Shown here: positions 52,558 through 62,275 of the stretch, piece after piece
How positions within the stretch are numbered: the first letter of the stretch is position 1
Layout of the letters: each line of letters begins with the position of its first letter
NCBI GenBank assembly: GCA_965277715.1
Contig: OZ255836.1
Span: 1,280,001-1,344,000, forward strand
Origin: Gammaproteobacteria bacterium
Lineage (GTDB): Bacteria > Pseudomonadota > Gammaproteobacteria > JBCCGL01
DNA: 64,000 nt
Reading direction: 5' to 3'
Notes under the pieces: generated by a model
Told to the model about the DNA's origin: nothing
What the model saw: only the letters and a program-made list of their open reading frames with translations
The model's database searches: none
Program-made: the position numbers and the translations under genes

Positions 52558-53628
52558 ATGACTATCACACTCAGCAAATCGCAGTTAGCCAAATTTACGC
52601 CCCTGGATGCATTGAATTCATCAAGTCTTGGTGAAATTGCATCCAAGATGACTTACCACTCAATCGAATCGGGTAAGTATGTTTTTCTTCAGAACGACGT
52701 AATAAAAAGACACTTTTATCTGGTCAGTGGTGGCATCGACTTTCTCGATGAAAATAAACAAGTCATTGAATCTATCGACAGTGGTTCAGAAAGAGCCTAC
52801 TCCCCTTTATCATCCAGAAACCCACAACGCGCTTCAGCACGGACTAAACTGGACTCCACCATTATTTCAATTGACCGCAATCTGTTTGATATTTTTCTAA
52901 CATGGGACCAAACGGGCAGCTACCCGGTAAGAAACGAACAACAGGAAGGATCTGAATTGCCCCTGCCACCGAGTGATGATGAAGACAATGAATGGATGGT
53001 TCACCTGCTGCAAACCAAGTCATTTCAACATATTCCGGCAATTAATATCCAATTAATCTTCACGCGTATGGAAAAAATCACGTATAAAGCAGGAGAAACA
53101 GTCATTAGGCAAGGTGATCCAGGCGACTATTTTTATACTATTATCAGTGGTAAATGTAATGTAAACCGCTCTTCTGTTAATCTCGCCACCCTCGCTCCTG
53201 GTGATCATTTCGGTGAAGAAGCGCTCATTTCCAATGAGACACGCAACGCTACAGTCAGTATGGCAACCGATGGTTCACTGATGCGTTTATCGAAAGAAAA
53301 TTTTGTCTCCCTACTACACCAGCCATTACTAAACTGGGTCGATTTTGAACAAAGCGTGAAGAAAATTATTGACGGTGGCCAATGGCTTGATGTCCGCTTA
53401 CCGGCTGAATATCAAGCTGGCCATATCCCCAACAGTCTTAATATCCCCTTAATTTTCCTGAGAATGAGGGCCAATCAGTTGAGTATAGACAAAGAGTACA
53501 TTGTGTATTGTGACACTGGCCGCCGCAGCTCTGTGGCCTCGTATCTACTCAAAGAAAAAGGGTTCACCCAGATTCATACACTAACAGATGGATTCGCCAA
53601 TGTACCCAAAGGCATCCTTAAGAAGTGA
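52558..53628 (+). CDS. Tandem cNMP-binding domain + rhodanese fusion protein
   Basis: Degenerate CNB1; CNB2 with IRQGDPGDYFYTI and FGEEALISNETRNATV; rhodanese LDVR-P-EY-GHIP and YCDTGRRS. Confidence 0.85.
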   Translation: MTITLSKSQLAKFTPLDALNSSSLGEIASKMTYHSIESGKYVFLQNDVIKRHFYLVSGGIDFLDENKQVIESIDSGSERAYSPLSSRNPQRASARTKLDSTIISIDRNLFDIFLTWDQTGSYPVRNEQQEGSELPLPPSDDEDNEWMVHLLQTKSFQHIPAINIQLIFTRMEKITYKAGETVIRQGDPGDYFYTIISGKCNVNRSSVNLATLAPGDHFGEEALISNETRNATVSMATDGSLMRLSKENFVSLLHQPLLNWVDFEQSVKKIIDGGQWLDVRLPAEYQAGHIPNSLNIPLIFLRMRANQLSIDKEYIVYCDTGRRSSVASYLLKEKGFTQIHTLTDGFANVPKGILKK

Positions 53629-53966
53629 AGAGCTTTTGTCGGTGGCACTCGTTTACGATTCAAAACAGCCTATGCGCCAGAAAGTTATTTGTCAGTCAGC
53701 TAACTTCTTAGTATCATTCTTTGGCCTGACTATATTAAACAAACATTGATATCTCTCAAACCATTGATTTCACAAGGGAATTATCGAAGACATGACATAT
53801 CGACTATTACAGATAACGAAGACATACCTGATTGGGCGAATATTTCCTGTGGCGCCAAGAGATAAGCGAGATCGTGCTTGTCGTGAAATATCCGCAATTG
53901 TATATGCCGTTTATTTTTCATCCTTATTTTCAATATCTCCCCTGAGGCTATAAAAATCCGATAACC

Positions 53967-54818
53967 ATGAGCATGTCAGGAAAAATTCAGATAGTCAGCA
54001 AAACTGACAAAGGGCTTAAACGTGAGCACAATGAAGATAGTATTGGCAAATCAACAGAACACGGCGTTGTCGTATTAGCTGATGGCATGGGGGGTTACAA
54101 TGCAGGGGAAGTGGCCAGTGAAATTGCCGTTCAAACACTGATAAAATCACTGACAAAAATACGCGTGAAACATGCGATAAAACAAAAGCCCTCTCAAACA
54201 CCCATCCAAACCGATGCAATCGATCAAATAAAACACGACTGCCTTTTAGCACTCAACAAATGCAATCAAATCATCTATCAAAAGGCATCGAGCCAACCTC
54301 AATACAAAGGTATGGGCACAACTATTGCCACATCAATTTTTTACGACAACAAAATTATTTACTCGCATATTGGCGATTCGCGTATCTATTGCTACCGTGA
54401 CGATACATTGCAACAACTGACATCCGATCACACATTACTCCAGGAGCTTGTCGATCGAGGCCTCTATTCACGTGAGGAAGCCAGAACGTCACCTAATAAA
54501 AACCTAATAACAAAAGCACTGGGCACTGAACCAGAAGTAGAGCCGAGCATTGATCAGACGGATACCCACGTTGGTGACATCTATCTCTTTTGCTCAGATG
54601 GTCTTAATGATATGATTAGCGACACACAAATTGGCCTTATATTAAGTGAACACCCTTTAAACAAACACGCTGACAACCTGAAAAATGCGGCAGACGCACT
54701 GGTCGACAAAGCCAACCAAAATGGTGGTTCTGATAATATTTCAGTTATATTGGTCAGAATTGTAAAACCCTACCCCAGTAAGGTTGCCTGGCATCAAAAA
54801 CTCATCAATTGGCTTTAG
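53967..54818 (+). CDS. PP2C/PPM-family Ser/Thr protein phosphatase
   Basis: TDKGLKREHNED, ADGMGG, GMGTT, HIGDSRIY, CSDGL, GGSDNIS. Confidence 0.92.
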   Translation: MSMSGKIQIVSKTDKGLKREHNEDSIGKSTEHGVVVLADGMGGYNAGEVASEIAVQTLIKSLTKIRVKHAIKQKPSQTPIQTDAIDQIKHDCLLALNKCNQIIYQKASSQPQYKGMGTTIATSIFYDNKIIYSHIGDSRIYCYRDDTLQQLTSDHTLLQELVDRGLYSREEARTSPNKNLITKALGTEPEVEPSIDQTDTHVGDIYLFCSDGLNDMISDTQIGLILSEHPLNKHADNLKNAADALVDKANQNGGSDNISVILVRIVKPYPSKVAWHQKLINWL

Positions 54819-54833
54819 CTAAAATAGCGTAAG

Positions 54834-55547
54834 ATGTCAAAATTAATTCTTAGTTTAGGCGGTAAAAAAATAAAGGAATACGCACTTAATAAAGCGCAAA
54901 CAATCATTGGGCGAAGCGCCAGTAATGACATTCAAATAGAAAACCTGGCGATCAGTAATGAACATGCAAAAATTATTACCATATTAAGCGATTCGTTTCT
55001 CGAAGACTTAAAAAGCACCAATGGAACTTACGTCAATGGAACACTAGTTAACAAAAAAGCCTTACAACACGGTGATGAAATCACTATTGGCAAGCATAAA
55101 CTGCAATATATTAATGAAAACTCTGATACGAGTGAATTTAATCAGGCTGTAGTTATACAACACGCCGTAACGACACCATCAGCAACATCGGATTTTTCAA
55201 ATCAAACAAGCCAGAACATAAGCGACTTGAGCGGTCATCCAACCGTTAATAATAAGATAAACAAACTGACCACTAAACATATCGCCAGCCTGGCAATTAG
55301 TAACGGCAATAAGGCAGGGCAAATACTCCACCTCACCAAATCATTGACAACACTTGGGCAACCTGAAACGCAGGTTGCGGCTATCGCATTCAAACAAGGA
55401 AAGTATTTTTTAATACACATCGAAACAATAGGCAAACGAAAAATGCCTATGTTAAACGGAAAAGAAATTGATCAGGGCTACATACCGCTTGCACACAAGG
55501 ATAAAATCACGATTGCCGACACAAAGATGGTTTTGACGTTGGGGTGA
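54834..55547 (+). CDS. FHA-domain protein (canonical N-terminal FHA + degenerate C-terminal FHA-like domain)
   Basis: IGR...ISNEHA...DLKSTNGTYVNG...LQHGDEITIG; C-terminal LTTLGQPETQVAAI...PMLNG...LAHKDKITIA. Confidence 0.88.
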   Translation: MSKLILSLGGKKIKEYALNKAQTIIGRSASNDIQIENLAISNEHAKIITILSDSFLEDLKSTNGTYVNGTLVNKKALQHGDEITIGKHKLQYINENSDTSEFNQAVVIQHAVTTPSATSDFSNQTSQNISDLSGHPTVNNKINKLTTKHIASLAISNGNKAGQILHLTKSLTTLGQPETQVAAIAFKQGKYFLIHIETIGKRKMPMLNGKEIDQGYIPLAHKDKITIADTKMVLTLG

Positions 55548-55685
55548 TATTTACCCTGGCTTGCCCCCTCCTCCATCCAGGCAATCAATTGAATCACAAC
55601 GATAGCGCTCAGGAAATTAAAGACAAAACGTTTTATATGCAATACTTTACATGTTACCAATAACCCCAATTAACTGTAAAAGTTA

Positions 55686-56576
55686 CTAGCCAAATACCCC
55701 TGTAGATAAGTAACGGTCACCTCTATCACATACGATTGAAACAATTGTGGCATTTTCAACCTCACTGGCCACCCTTATCGCAGCAGCAACCGCCCCTCCC
55801 GAGGATATACCACAAAATATACCCTCATCATGGGCCATGCGCCTGGCAAACAACTCTGCTTCACCTTGGTTAACGTCAATTATTTGATCAATATGCTGCG
55901 GTTGGTATATTTTGGGGAGGTATTGCTGAGGCCAGCGACGTATGCCAGGAATATTGGCATATTGATCAGGCTGAACACCAATGATCCTGACATCAGGGTT
56001 TTGCTCCTTCAAATACCTACCGGTCCCCATAATCGTTCCGGTCGTTCCCATAGCACTGACAAAATGCGTAACACCACCGTTACTCGCCCGCCAAATTTCA
56101 GGGCCGGTATGCAGGTAGTGCGCAGCAGGATTATCCGGATTGCTAAACTGATCGAGCACATAACCCTCACCCCGGTGTTGCATTTTTAATGCTAAGTCTC
56201 GCGCATATTCCATGCCCTCTTCACGTGAAACCAGTACTATATCTGCACCAAATGTGCGCATCACATGGGCTCTCTCTTCGCTCATATTCTCCGGCATAAT
56301 CAAACGCATACGGTAGCCTCTGATAGCGGCAACCATTGCCAGAGCAATGCCCGTATTACCACTGGTTGCCTCAATCAGACGATCACCGGGGGCAATATCC
56401 CCTCGGCTTTCCGCCTGAACAATCATATTGAGGGCGGGCCTGTCTTTAACCGAACCAGCAGGGTTATTACCTTCCAGCTTAACGAAAACACTATTACCTC
56501 TATCACTATCAACCAATCGCTGCAACTGAACCAATGGTGTATTGCCGATGATGCGATCCAGAGTGGAAATAGTCAT
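55686..56576 (-). CDS. cysM: Cysteine synthase B
   Basis: KLEGNNPAGSVKDR, EATSGNTG, SAMGTTGT, IPGIRRWP, CDRGDRYLSTG. Confidence 0.94.
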   Translation of the reverse strand: MTISTLDRIIGNTPLVQLQRLVDSDRGNSVFVKLEGNNPAGSVKDRPALNMIVQAESRGDIAPGDRLIEATSGNTGIALAMVAAIRGYRMRLIMPENMSEERAHVMRTFGADIVLVSREEGMEYARDLALKMQHRGEGYVLDQFSNPDNPAAHYLHTGPEIWRASNGGVTHFVSAMGTTGTIMGTGRYLKEQNPDVRIIGVQPDQYANIPGIRRWPQQYLPKIYQPQHIDQIIDVNQGEAELFARRMAHDEGIFCGISSGGAVAAAIRVASEVENATIVSIVCDRGDRYLSTGVFG

Positions 56577-56893
56577 GATTGCCTGCTCTATTCATATATA
56601 TGAGTAATGAAAATAATTATCACACTGCCTGTTTTTTTCGCCAATATCAAAATAGAAAAAGCTTATGCCGTTTAGAACACGGCGATAAAGCGTATTTTAC
56701 TTGCTATTAACGGCAGACTACACAGCACCCCTTGGCGTCAAGCCCAGGTTATGTTACTTTTACAGGAGCAGATCTAAAGTTCAAATAAATTCTGCAACGA
56801 CTGTTGGCATGCTTGACAAACAGGTGATCAGACCTGACTCAAGACTATGTTGACACCTCAACTTAATAAAATGATGATTGGAGAGAGTTCCTG

Positions 56894-57919
56894 ATGAAAC
56901 TTTTCAAAACGCTTGCTGTATCCGCAGCAGTTGCAACGCTTGCTTCGACAAGTGTTGTCAACGCGGGTACGCTGGAAGATGTACAAAAACGCGGTGAGCT
57001 AAACTGTATCGTTACAACAGGTGTTGCCGGTTTTGGCGCACCCGATGATAACGGTCGCTGGCAGGGCTTTGACATTGACTTTTGCCGTGCTACCGCCGCT
57101 GCCGTACTCGGTGATCCAAACAAAGTCAAATTTGTACCCACCACCGGTAAAACCCGTTTCACCTCTTTAAACTCTGGCGAGGGTGACGTGTTATACCGTA
57201 ACACCACTATTACCATGAGCCGTGATGCCGATTTGAAACTTACTTTCCTGGGTGTCAATTACTATGATGGTCAAGGTTTCATGGTACCTAAAGCCTTGGG
57301 TGTATCCTCGGCTACAGAGCTGGATGGTGCGTCTATCTGTATCCAAACAGGTACAACAACCGAACTCAACCTGGCTGATTTCTTCCGTGCCAATCAAATG
57401 AGCTATGAGCCTGTGCCAATCGAAACCAATGATGAAGCACAAACCAACTACACCGCTGGCCGTTGCGATGTATTTACTACTGACGCCTCTGGCCTAGCTG
57501 CTACTCGCAGTACATTTAATGACCCCAGTGCGCATGTTGTTCTCCCCGAAATCATCTCCAAAGAACCGCTTGGCCCCGCAGTGCGCCATGGCGATGATCA
57601 ATGGGCTGATGTCGTTCGCTGGGTATTGAACGCTATTATTGCCGCTGAAGAACTGGGCATTACCCAGGCAAATATTGCCGATCACATGAAAGCTGCTGGC
57701 GACAACCCTTCGATTAACCGTATTGCCGGTACTGAAGGTGATTTTGGCGCCATGATTGGCCTCGACAAGCAGTGGGCTGCCCGGGCGATTTCGGCCGTGG
57801 GTAACTACGGCGAAATATTTGAGCGCAATATCGGTTCAGCTACACCACTCGGCCTCTCTCGCGGCCTTAACGCACAATGGACTGACGGCGGTTTGTTGTA
57901 CGCTCCACCTATTCGCTAA
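56894..57919 (+). CDS. aapJ: General L-amino acid ABC transporter substrate-binding protein (AapJ/BztA)
   Basis: GFDIDFCRA, NYYDGQGFMV, GTTTELNLADFF, ISKEPLGPAVR, GNYGEIFERN, YAPPIR. Confidence 0.92.
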   Translation: MKLFKTLAVSAAVATLASTSVVNAGTLEDVQKRGELNCIVTTGVAGFGAPDDNGRWQGFDIDFCRATAAAVLGDPNKVKFVPTTGKTRFTSLNSGEGDVLYRNTTITMSRDADLKLTFLGVNYYDGQGFMVPKALGVSSATELDGASICIQTGTTTELNLADFFRANQMSYEPVPIETNDEAQTNYTAGRCDVFTTDASGLAATRSTFNDPSAHVVLPEIISKEPLGPAVRHGDDQWADVVRWVLNAIIAAEELGITQANIADHMKAAGDNPSINRIAGTEGDFGAMIGLDKQWAARAISAVGNYGEIFERNIGSATPLGLSRGLNAQWTDGGLLYAPPIR

Positions 57920-57933
57920 TCACTGTAGCGATA

Positions 57934-57961
57934 AAAACGGCGATCAACTGATCGCCGTTTT
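57934..57961 (+). terminator. Intra-operon stem-loop after aapJ
   Basis: AAAACGGCGATCA-AC-TGATCGCCGTTTT. Confidence 0.65.
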
Positions 57962-58017
57962 GCCATATAGCTTTTATAACTACAATCGCCCAAGTAATTG
58001 AGCCAGCCTAACGATAT

Positions 58018-59208
58018 ATGCTAATTATGGATACAACAACCAAACCATCATTTCTGTACCGCATGTGGAACGACAAAGAAACGCGTTCAACAATGATACA
58101 GATTATTACTATAGCTCTGCTGTTTACCTTTGTTTTTTACATTGTACGTAATGCTGTGATCAACCTCGAACTGATCGGCAAGGGCTACAGCTTCAGCTTT
58201 CTGTCTGACCCAGCTAGCTACGATATAAGCCAAACATTAATAGAATACGATTCGCGTAGCTCTCACCTTCGCGCCACCTACGTAGGTATCCTCAATACTC
58301 TACTGGTCGCCTTCTGCGGCATTATTCTTGCCACAATTGTTGGATTCACATTGGGTGTAATGCGCCTCTCCAAAAACTGGCTAATCAACCGGGTAGTGTA
58401 TTTTTACATCGAGTACGTTCGCAATGTACCTGTGTTGCTACACATACTCCTGGTATATGGCATTATCGTCAATACCTTGCCTGTACCCAAACAAGCCATT
58501 GGTATAGAAGAAACATTTTTTCTTACCAACAGAGGGTTTTATACACCAAAACCAGTGTTTGAAGCGGGTATGTGGGCGGTTTTAATTGCCTTTATCTGCG
58601 CGATTGCATTTTCCTGGTGGTTTAAGCGTTACGCGAAAAAAACCCAGGACGCCACCGGGAAAATTTATCCGGTTCTCTGGGCCAGTGTAGCCACCATCAT
58701 AGGTTTGCCCGTGCTGGTCTATTTACTGGCAGGTGCCCCTTTGACGTGGGAAATCCCTGTACTAACAGGATTTAATTTCAAAGGCGGGTTGGTGCTAAGG
58801 CCCGAATTTTTAGCATTATGGCTGGCGCTATCGCTCTATACCGCTGCGTTTATCGCTGAAATTGTTCGCGCCGGTATTCAGGCGATAAGTCACGGCCAGA
58901 CAGAGGCAGCATTCGCGTTGGGAGTAAAACCTAACAGAACGATGCAGCTTATTATTATCCCACAGGCACTGCGCGTCATTATCCCACCGCTCTCCAGTCA
59001 ATACCTCAATATCACAAAAAACTCATCGCTTGCGCTGGCAATAGGGTACGCGGATATCGTCGCCACCATTGGCGGTATATCCCTGAATCAAACGGGTAGA
59101 GAAATGGAGTGTATGACAATTGTGCTGGGGCTTTATTTGATGTTCTCATTGGCAATTTCAACACTGATGAACTGGTACAACAAGAAAATGAAACTGGTGG
59201 AGCGTTAA
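58018..59208 (+). CDS. aapQ: Amino acid ABC transporter permease (AapQ/BztB)
   Basis: GILNTL, RNVP, AFIAEIVRAGI, GQTEAA, YLNITKNSSLA. Confidence 0.9.
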   Translation: MLIMDTTTKPSFLYRMWNDKETRSTMIQIITIALLFTFVFYIVRNAVINLELIGKGYSFSFLSDPASYDISQTLIEYDSRSSHLRATYVGILNTLLVAFCGIILATIVGFTLGVMRLSKNWLINRVVYFYIEYVRNVPVLLHILLVYGIIVNTLPVPKQAIGIEETFFLTNRGFYTPKPVFEAGMWAVLIAFICAIAFSWWFKRYAKKTQDATGKIYPVLWASVATIIGLPVLVYLLAGAPLTWEIPVLTGFNFKGGLVLRPEFLALWLALSLYTAAFIAEIVRAGIQAISHGQTEAAFALGVKPNRTMQLIIIPQALRVIIPPLSSQYLNITKNSSLALAIGYADIVATIGGISLNQTGREMECMTIVLGLYLMFSLAISTLMNWYNKKMKLVER

Positions 59209-59211
59209 AGA

Positions 59212-60318
59212 ATGAATACCAAACAAGTATACGCACCGGGTACACACCCCAGTCTTGAGCCTCCCGCTAATACAGTAGGAACTATTGCCTGGCTACGGAA
59301 CAATCTATTTTCGTCATATACCAACATAGCCATGACTCTATTGATGGCATATATACTGTATCTGACCCTGCCTGCAATGATTAACTGGCTATTTATCGAT
59401 GCTGCTTACACAGGCACTTCACGCTTAGAATGCCGGGAAATAGCCGCTGGTGCGTGCTGGGCATTTATTGGCCATCGTTTTGAATTGTTCGTATATGGCT
59501 TTTACCCAGAGATGGAACGCTGGCGCGTTAACCTCTCCTTTTTGTTAATGTTATTTGCCTTTTGGCCCGTTTTGTTTGATAACGCCCCACACCGCAAACG
59601 CCTGCTCTGCGTTTCATTAGTATCCCCTGTCATTATCGGGTGGTTGTTGATTGGTGGATTGGGACTTGAACCCGTGCCAACAAATTTATTTGGCGGTTTT
59701 ATGCTGACACTGGTTATTGGTGTAACAGGTATCATTTTTTCCCTGCCCATCGGTATTATTCTGGCACTGGGCCGTCAATCCAATATGCCGGCAATACGCA
59801 TTATCTGTGTCTCCTTTATCGAGTTTATTCGTGGCGTCCCTTTAATTACTTTGCTATTTGTAGCGTCAACAATGCTCAATTATTTTTTGCCACCAGGCAC
59901 CTCGTTCGATTTATTACTGCGTGTGCTTATCATGGTTACCTTGTTTTCATCCGCGTATATCGCAGAAGTGGTGCGCGGTGGCTTGCAGGCAATACCAAAA
60001 GGTCAGACAGAAGCGGCGGATGCGCTGGGTTTAAAGTACTGGCAATCGATGCGCTTAATTGTGTTACCCCAGGCATTAAAAATATCTATCCCTGGCATCG
60101 TAAACACATTTATTGGTCTCTATAAAGATAGCACACTGGTTATCGTTATCGGCCTACTTGATCCATTAGGTATTGGTCGTGCATCATTAGCTGACGCAAA
60201 GTGGCAGGGCTTATCTTCAGAAGTGTATATTTTTGTCGCTATTTTCTTCTTTATCTCCTGCATTAGCATGGCGAGATACTCGCTCTACCTGGAAAAGAAA
60301 CTGCATACCGGGCACTAA
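59212..60318 (+). CDS. aapM: Amino acid ABC transporter permease (AapM/BztC)
   Basis: WLRNNLFS, GACW, RGVPLIT, AEVVRGGLQAIPKGQ. Confidence 0.9.
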   Translation: MNTKQVYAPGTHPSLEPPANTVGTIAWLRNNLFSSYTNIAMTLLMAYILYLTLPAMINWLFIDAAYTGTSRLECREIAAGACWAFIGHRFELFVYGFYPEMERWRVNLSFLLMLFAFWPVLFDNAPHRKRLLCVSLVSPVIIGWLLIGGLGLEPVPTNLFGGFMLTLVIGVTGIIFSLPIGIILALGRQSNMPAIRIICVSFIEFIRGVPLITLLFVASTMLNYFLPPGTSFDLLLRVLIMVTLFSSAYIAEVVRGGLQAIPKGQTEAADALGLKYWQSMRLIVLPQALKISIPGIVNTFIGLYKDSTLVIVIGLLDPLGIGRASLADAKWQGLSSEVYIFVAIFFFISCISMARYSLYLEKKLHTGH

Positions 60319-60351
60319 AATTAGAAATAAATAACTTATCGGGTTAAAAAT

Positions 60352-61131
60352 ATGAATACATCAACAGCACAGATGAATAACGCCGAAATACCCAGCGAAA
60401 CGGTTATTCAGATAAAGGAAATGCACAAATGGTACGGTTCCTTCCATGTCTTAAAGAATATTAACCTGGAGGTTAGCCAGGGCGAGCGAATTGTTATCTG
60501 TGGCCCATCGGGTTCTGGCAAATCGACAATGATTCGCTGTATTAATCGACTTGAAGAGCACCAGCAAGGTCATATTATTGTCGATAATGTTGAACTGACC
60601 AATGATTTAAAAAATATCGATGCAATACGCCGTGAAGTGGGCATGGTTTTTCAGCACTTTAATTTATTTCCTCATTTAACTGTCTTAGAAAACTGTGCCC
60701 TGGCGCCGATATGGGTCAAGCAAATGCCGCGTAAGGACGCGGAAGAAATTTCCATGAAGTTTCTTGAACGGGTAAAAATCCCAGACCAGGCAAATAAATT
60801 TCCCGGTCAGTTATCCGGTGGTCAGCAACAACGTGTGGCGATTGCACGTTCACTGTGTATGAGTCCAAAGATCATGCTATTTGACGAACCAACCTCGGCA
60901 CTGGACCCTGAAATGATTAAAGAGGTGCTGGATGTAATGGTCGAATTAGCTGAAGAAGGCATGACCATGTTATGTGTTACCCATGAAATGGGCTTTGCCA
61001 AAACAGTGGCCAATCGGGTGATTTTTATGGATTTTGGTGAAGTTATCGAAGAAAATGAGCCGAATGAATTCTTTGATAATCCTCAGCATGAAAGAACCCA
61101 GCTATTTCTCAGCCAGATCCTGGCACATTAG
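60352..61131 (+). CDS. aapP: Amino acid ABC transporter ATP-binding protein (AapP/BztD)
   Basis: [30 protein letters not shown]. Confidence 0.94.
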   Translation: MNTSTAQMNNAEIPSETVIQIKEMHKWYGSFHVLKNINLEVSQGERIVICGPSGSGKSTMIRCINRLEEHQQGHIIVDNVELTNDLKNIDAIRREVGMVFQHFNLFPHLTVLENCALAPIWVKQMPRKDAEEISMKFLERVKIPDQANKFPGQLSGGQQQRVAIARSLCMSPKIMLFDEPTSALDPEMIKEVLDVMVELAEEGMTMLCVTHEMGFAKTVANRVIFMDFGEVIEENEPNEFFDNPQHERTQLFLSQILAH

Positions 61132-61191
61132 CGTCCAGGATCAATTTTCATTCAGACGCATTATTGTGAGTTGAAGTTGAAGAATTCAACG

Positions 61192-61250
61192 CTTTATACC
61201 TCTATATTGTGCCAAGCGATGTTAGCTTGGCACAATATAGAGGTATAAAG
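61192..61250. repeat. 59-bp perfect palindrome (26-bp arms, 7-nt loop)
   Basis: CTTTATACCTCTATATTGTGCCAAGC-GATGTTA-GCTTGGCACAATATAGAGGTATAAAG between convergent aapP and miaA. Confidence 0.9.
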
Positions 61251-61321
61251 AAACTTATTATATCTTTATTCTGACAATCAGGTCAGATGCTTGCAAATAC
61301 TCCATCGGCCCGCATATCTTC

Positions 61322-62275
61322 TTAAATGTTCTCAACCAATGAAAAGATAGCCGATAAAGATTGTGGGTTACTATCAACCCACACTAGGTTATCCATCCCC
61401 CGTAGCCATGTAAGTTGTCGTTTTGCCAATTGACGGGTAGCAATAATCCCTTTTTCCAGCATCGTTTCTTTCGGGTACTCACCTTCTAAATAGTGCCACA
61501 CTTGTCGGTAACCAACACATCGCATTGAAGGCAGTGCACTGTTTAACCCCGGAAACCGTGACCTAAGCATTTCCACCTCCTCTACAAACCCCGACGCGAT
61601 CATAGACTTGAAACGCGCTTCGATGCGTCGGTGCAATACTGATCGATCATCGCATGTAACACACAATTTCAGATTAACCGGTGGCAGTGGATTGAAAACA
61701 GGGCGTTTATGATGACCACTCATATTAATACCACTGATACGCCACACTTCCAAGGCTCTAAGAATACGTTGAGGATCGTTTTTATGAATGCGTGCCGCTG
61801 CTTCAGGATCAATCAGTGAAAGGGACTGATGCATGGCATCAAGCCCATAATCATTTAGTTCCTGCTCTAATATACCGCGCACCACAGAATCAGATTCCGG
61901 TAATAGCGAAAGCCCTTTTTCCAATGCGTTAAAGTACAACATGGTACCGCCCACCAGAAGTGGCGTCTTCCCTCGACCTCTTATTTGTTTAACCAGCCGC
62001 AAAGTATCCTGGCAAAAGCTGGCAACGGAATACGTTGCCAATGGGTCGATAATATCAACCAGGTGATGTGGGCACTCCGCCAGTATACGGGCATCGGGTT
62101 TTGCCGTACCAATATTCATACCGCGATAGATTAACGCCGAATCAACGCTGATAATTTCACAATCAAAACGGCGGGCAATTTCAAGTGACAGAGCTGTTTT
62201 ACCCGCAGCTGTTGGCCCCATCAGGCAAATAAGTGGTGCTTCTACTGTCACTGCCGGGTGTCTTTGTTTACTCAA
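61322..62275 (-). CDS. miaA: tRNA dimethylallyltransferase
   Basis: GPTAAGKT, DSALIYRGMNIGTAKP, VGGTMLY, TRQLAKRQLTW. Confidence 0.96.
   Translation of the reverse strand: MSKQRHPAVTVEAPLICLMGPTAAGKTALSLEIARRFDCEIISVDSALIYRGMNIGTAKPDARILAECPHHLVDIIDPLATYSVASFCQDTLRLVKQIRGRGKTPLLVGGTMLYFNALEKGLSLLPESDSVVRGILEQELNDYGLDAMHQSLSLIDPEAAARIHKNDPQRILRALEVWRISGINMSGHHKRPVFNPLPPVNLKLCVTCDDRSVLHRRIEARFKSMIASGFVEEVEMLRSRFPGLNSALPSMRCVGYRQVWHYLEGEYPKETMLEKGIIATRQLAKRQLTWLRGMDNLVWVDSNPQSLSAIFSLVENI

Noticed and set aside
53967-55547. PP2C + FHA as a type VI secretion remnant
   Set aside because: No tss genes or PpkA nearby, and the FHA protein is much shorter than TagH/Fha1.
56805-56820. Sigma-54 promoter for aapJ (TTGGCATGCTTGAC)
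   Set aside because: A -24-like TGGCA is present but there is no correctly spaced -12 TTGC.
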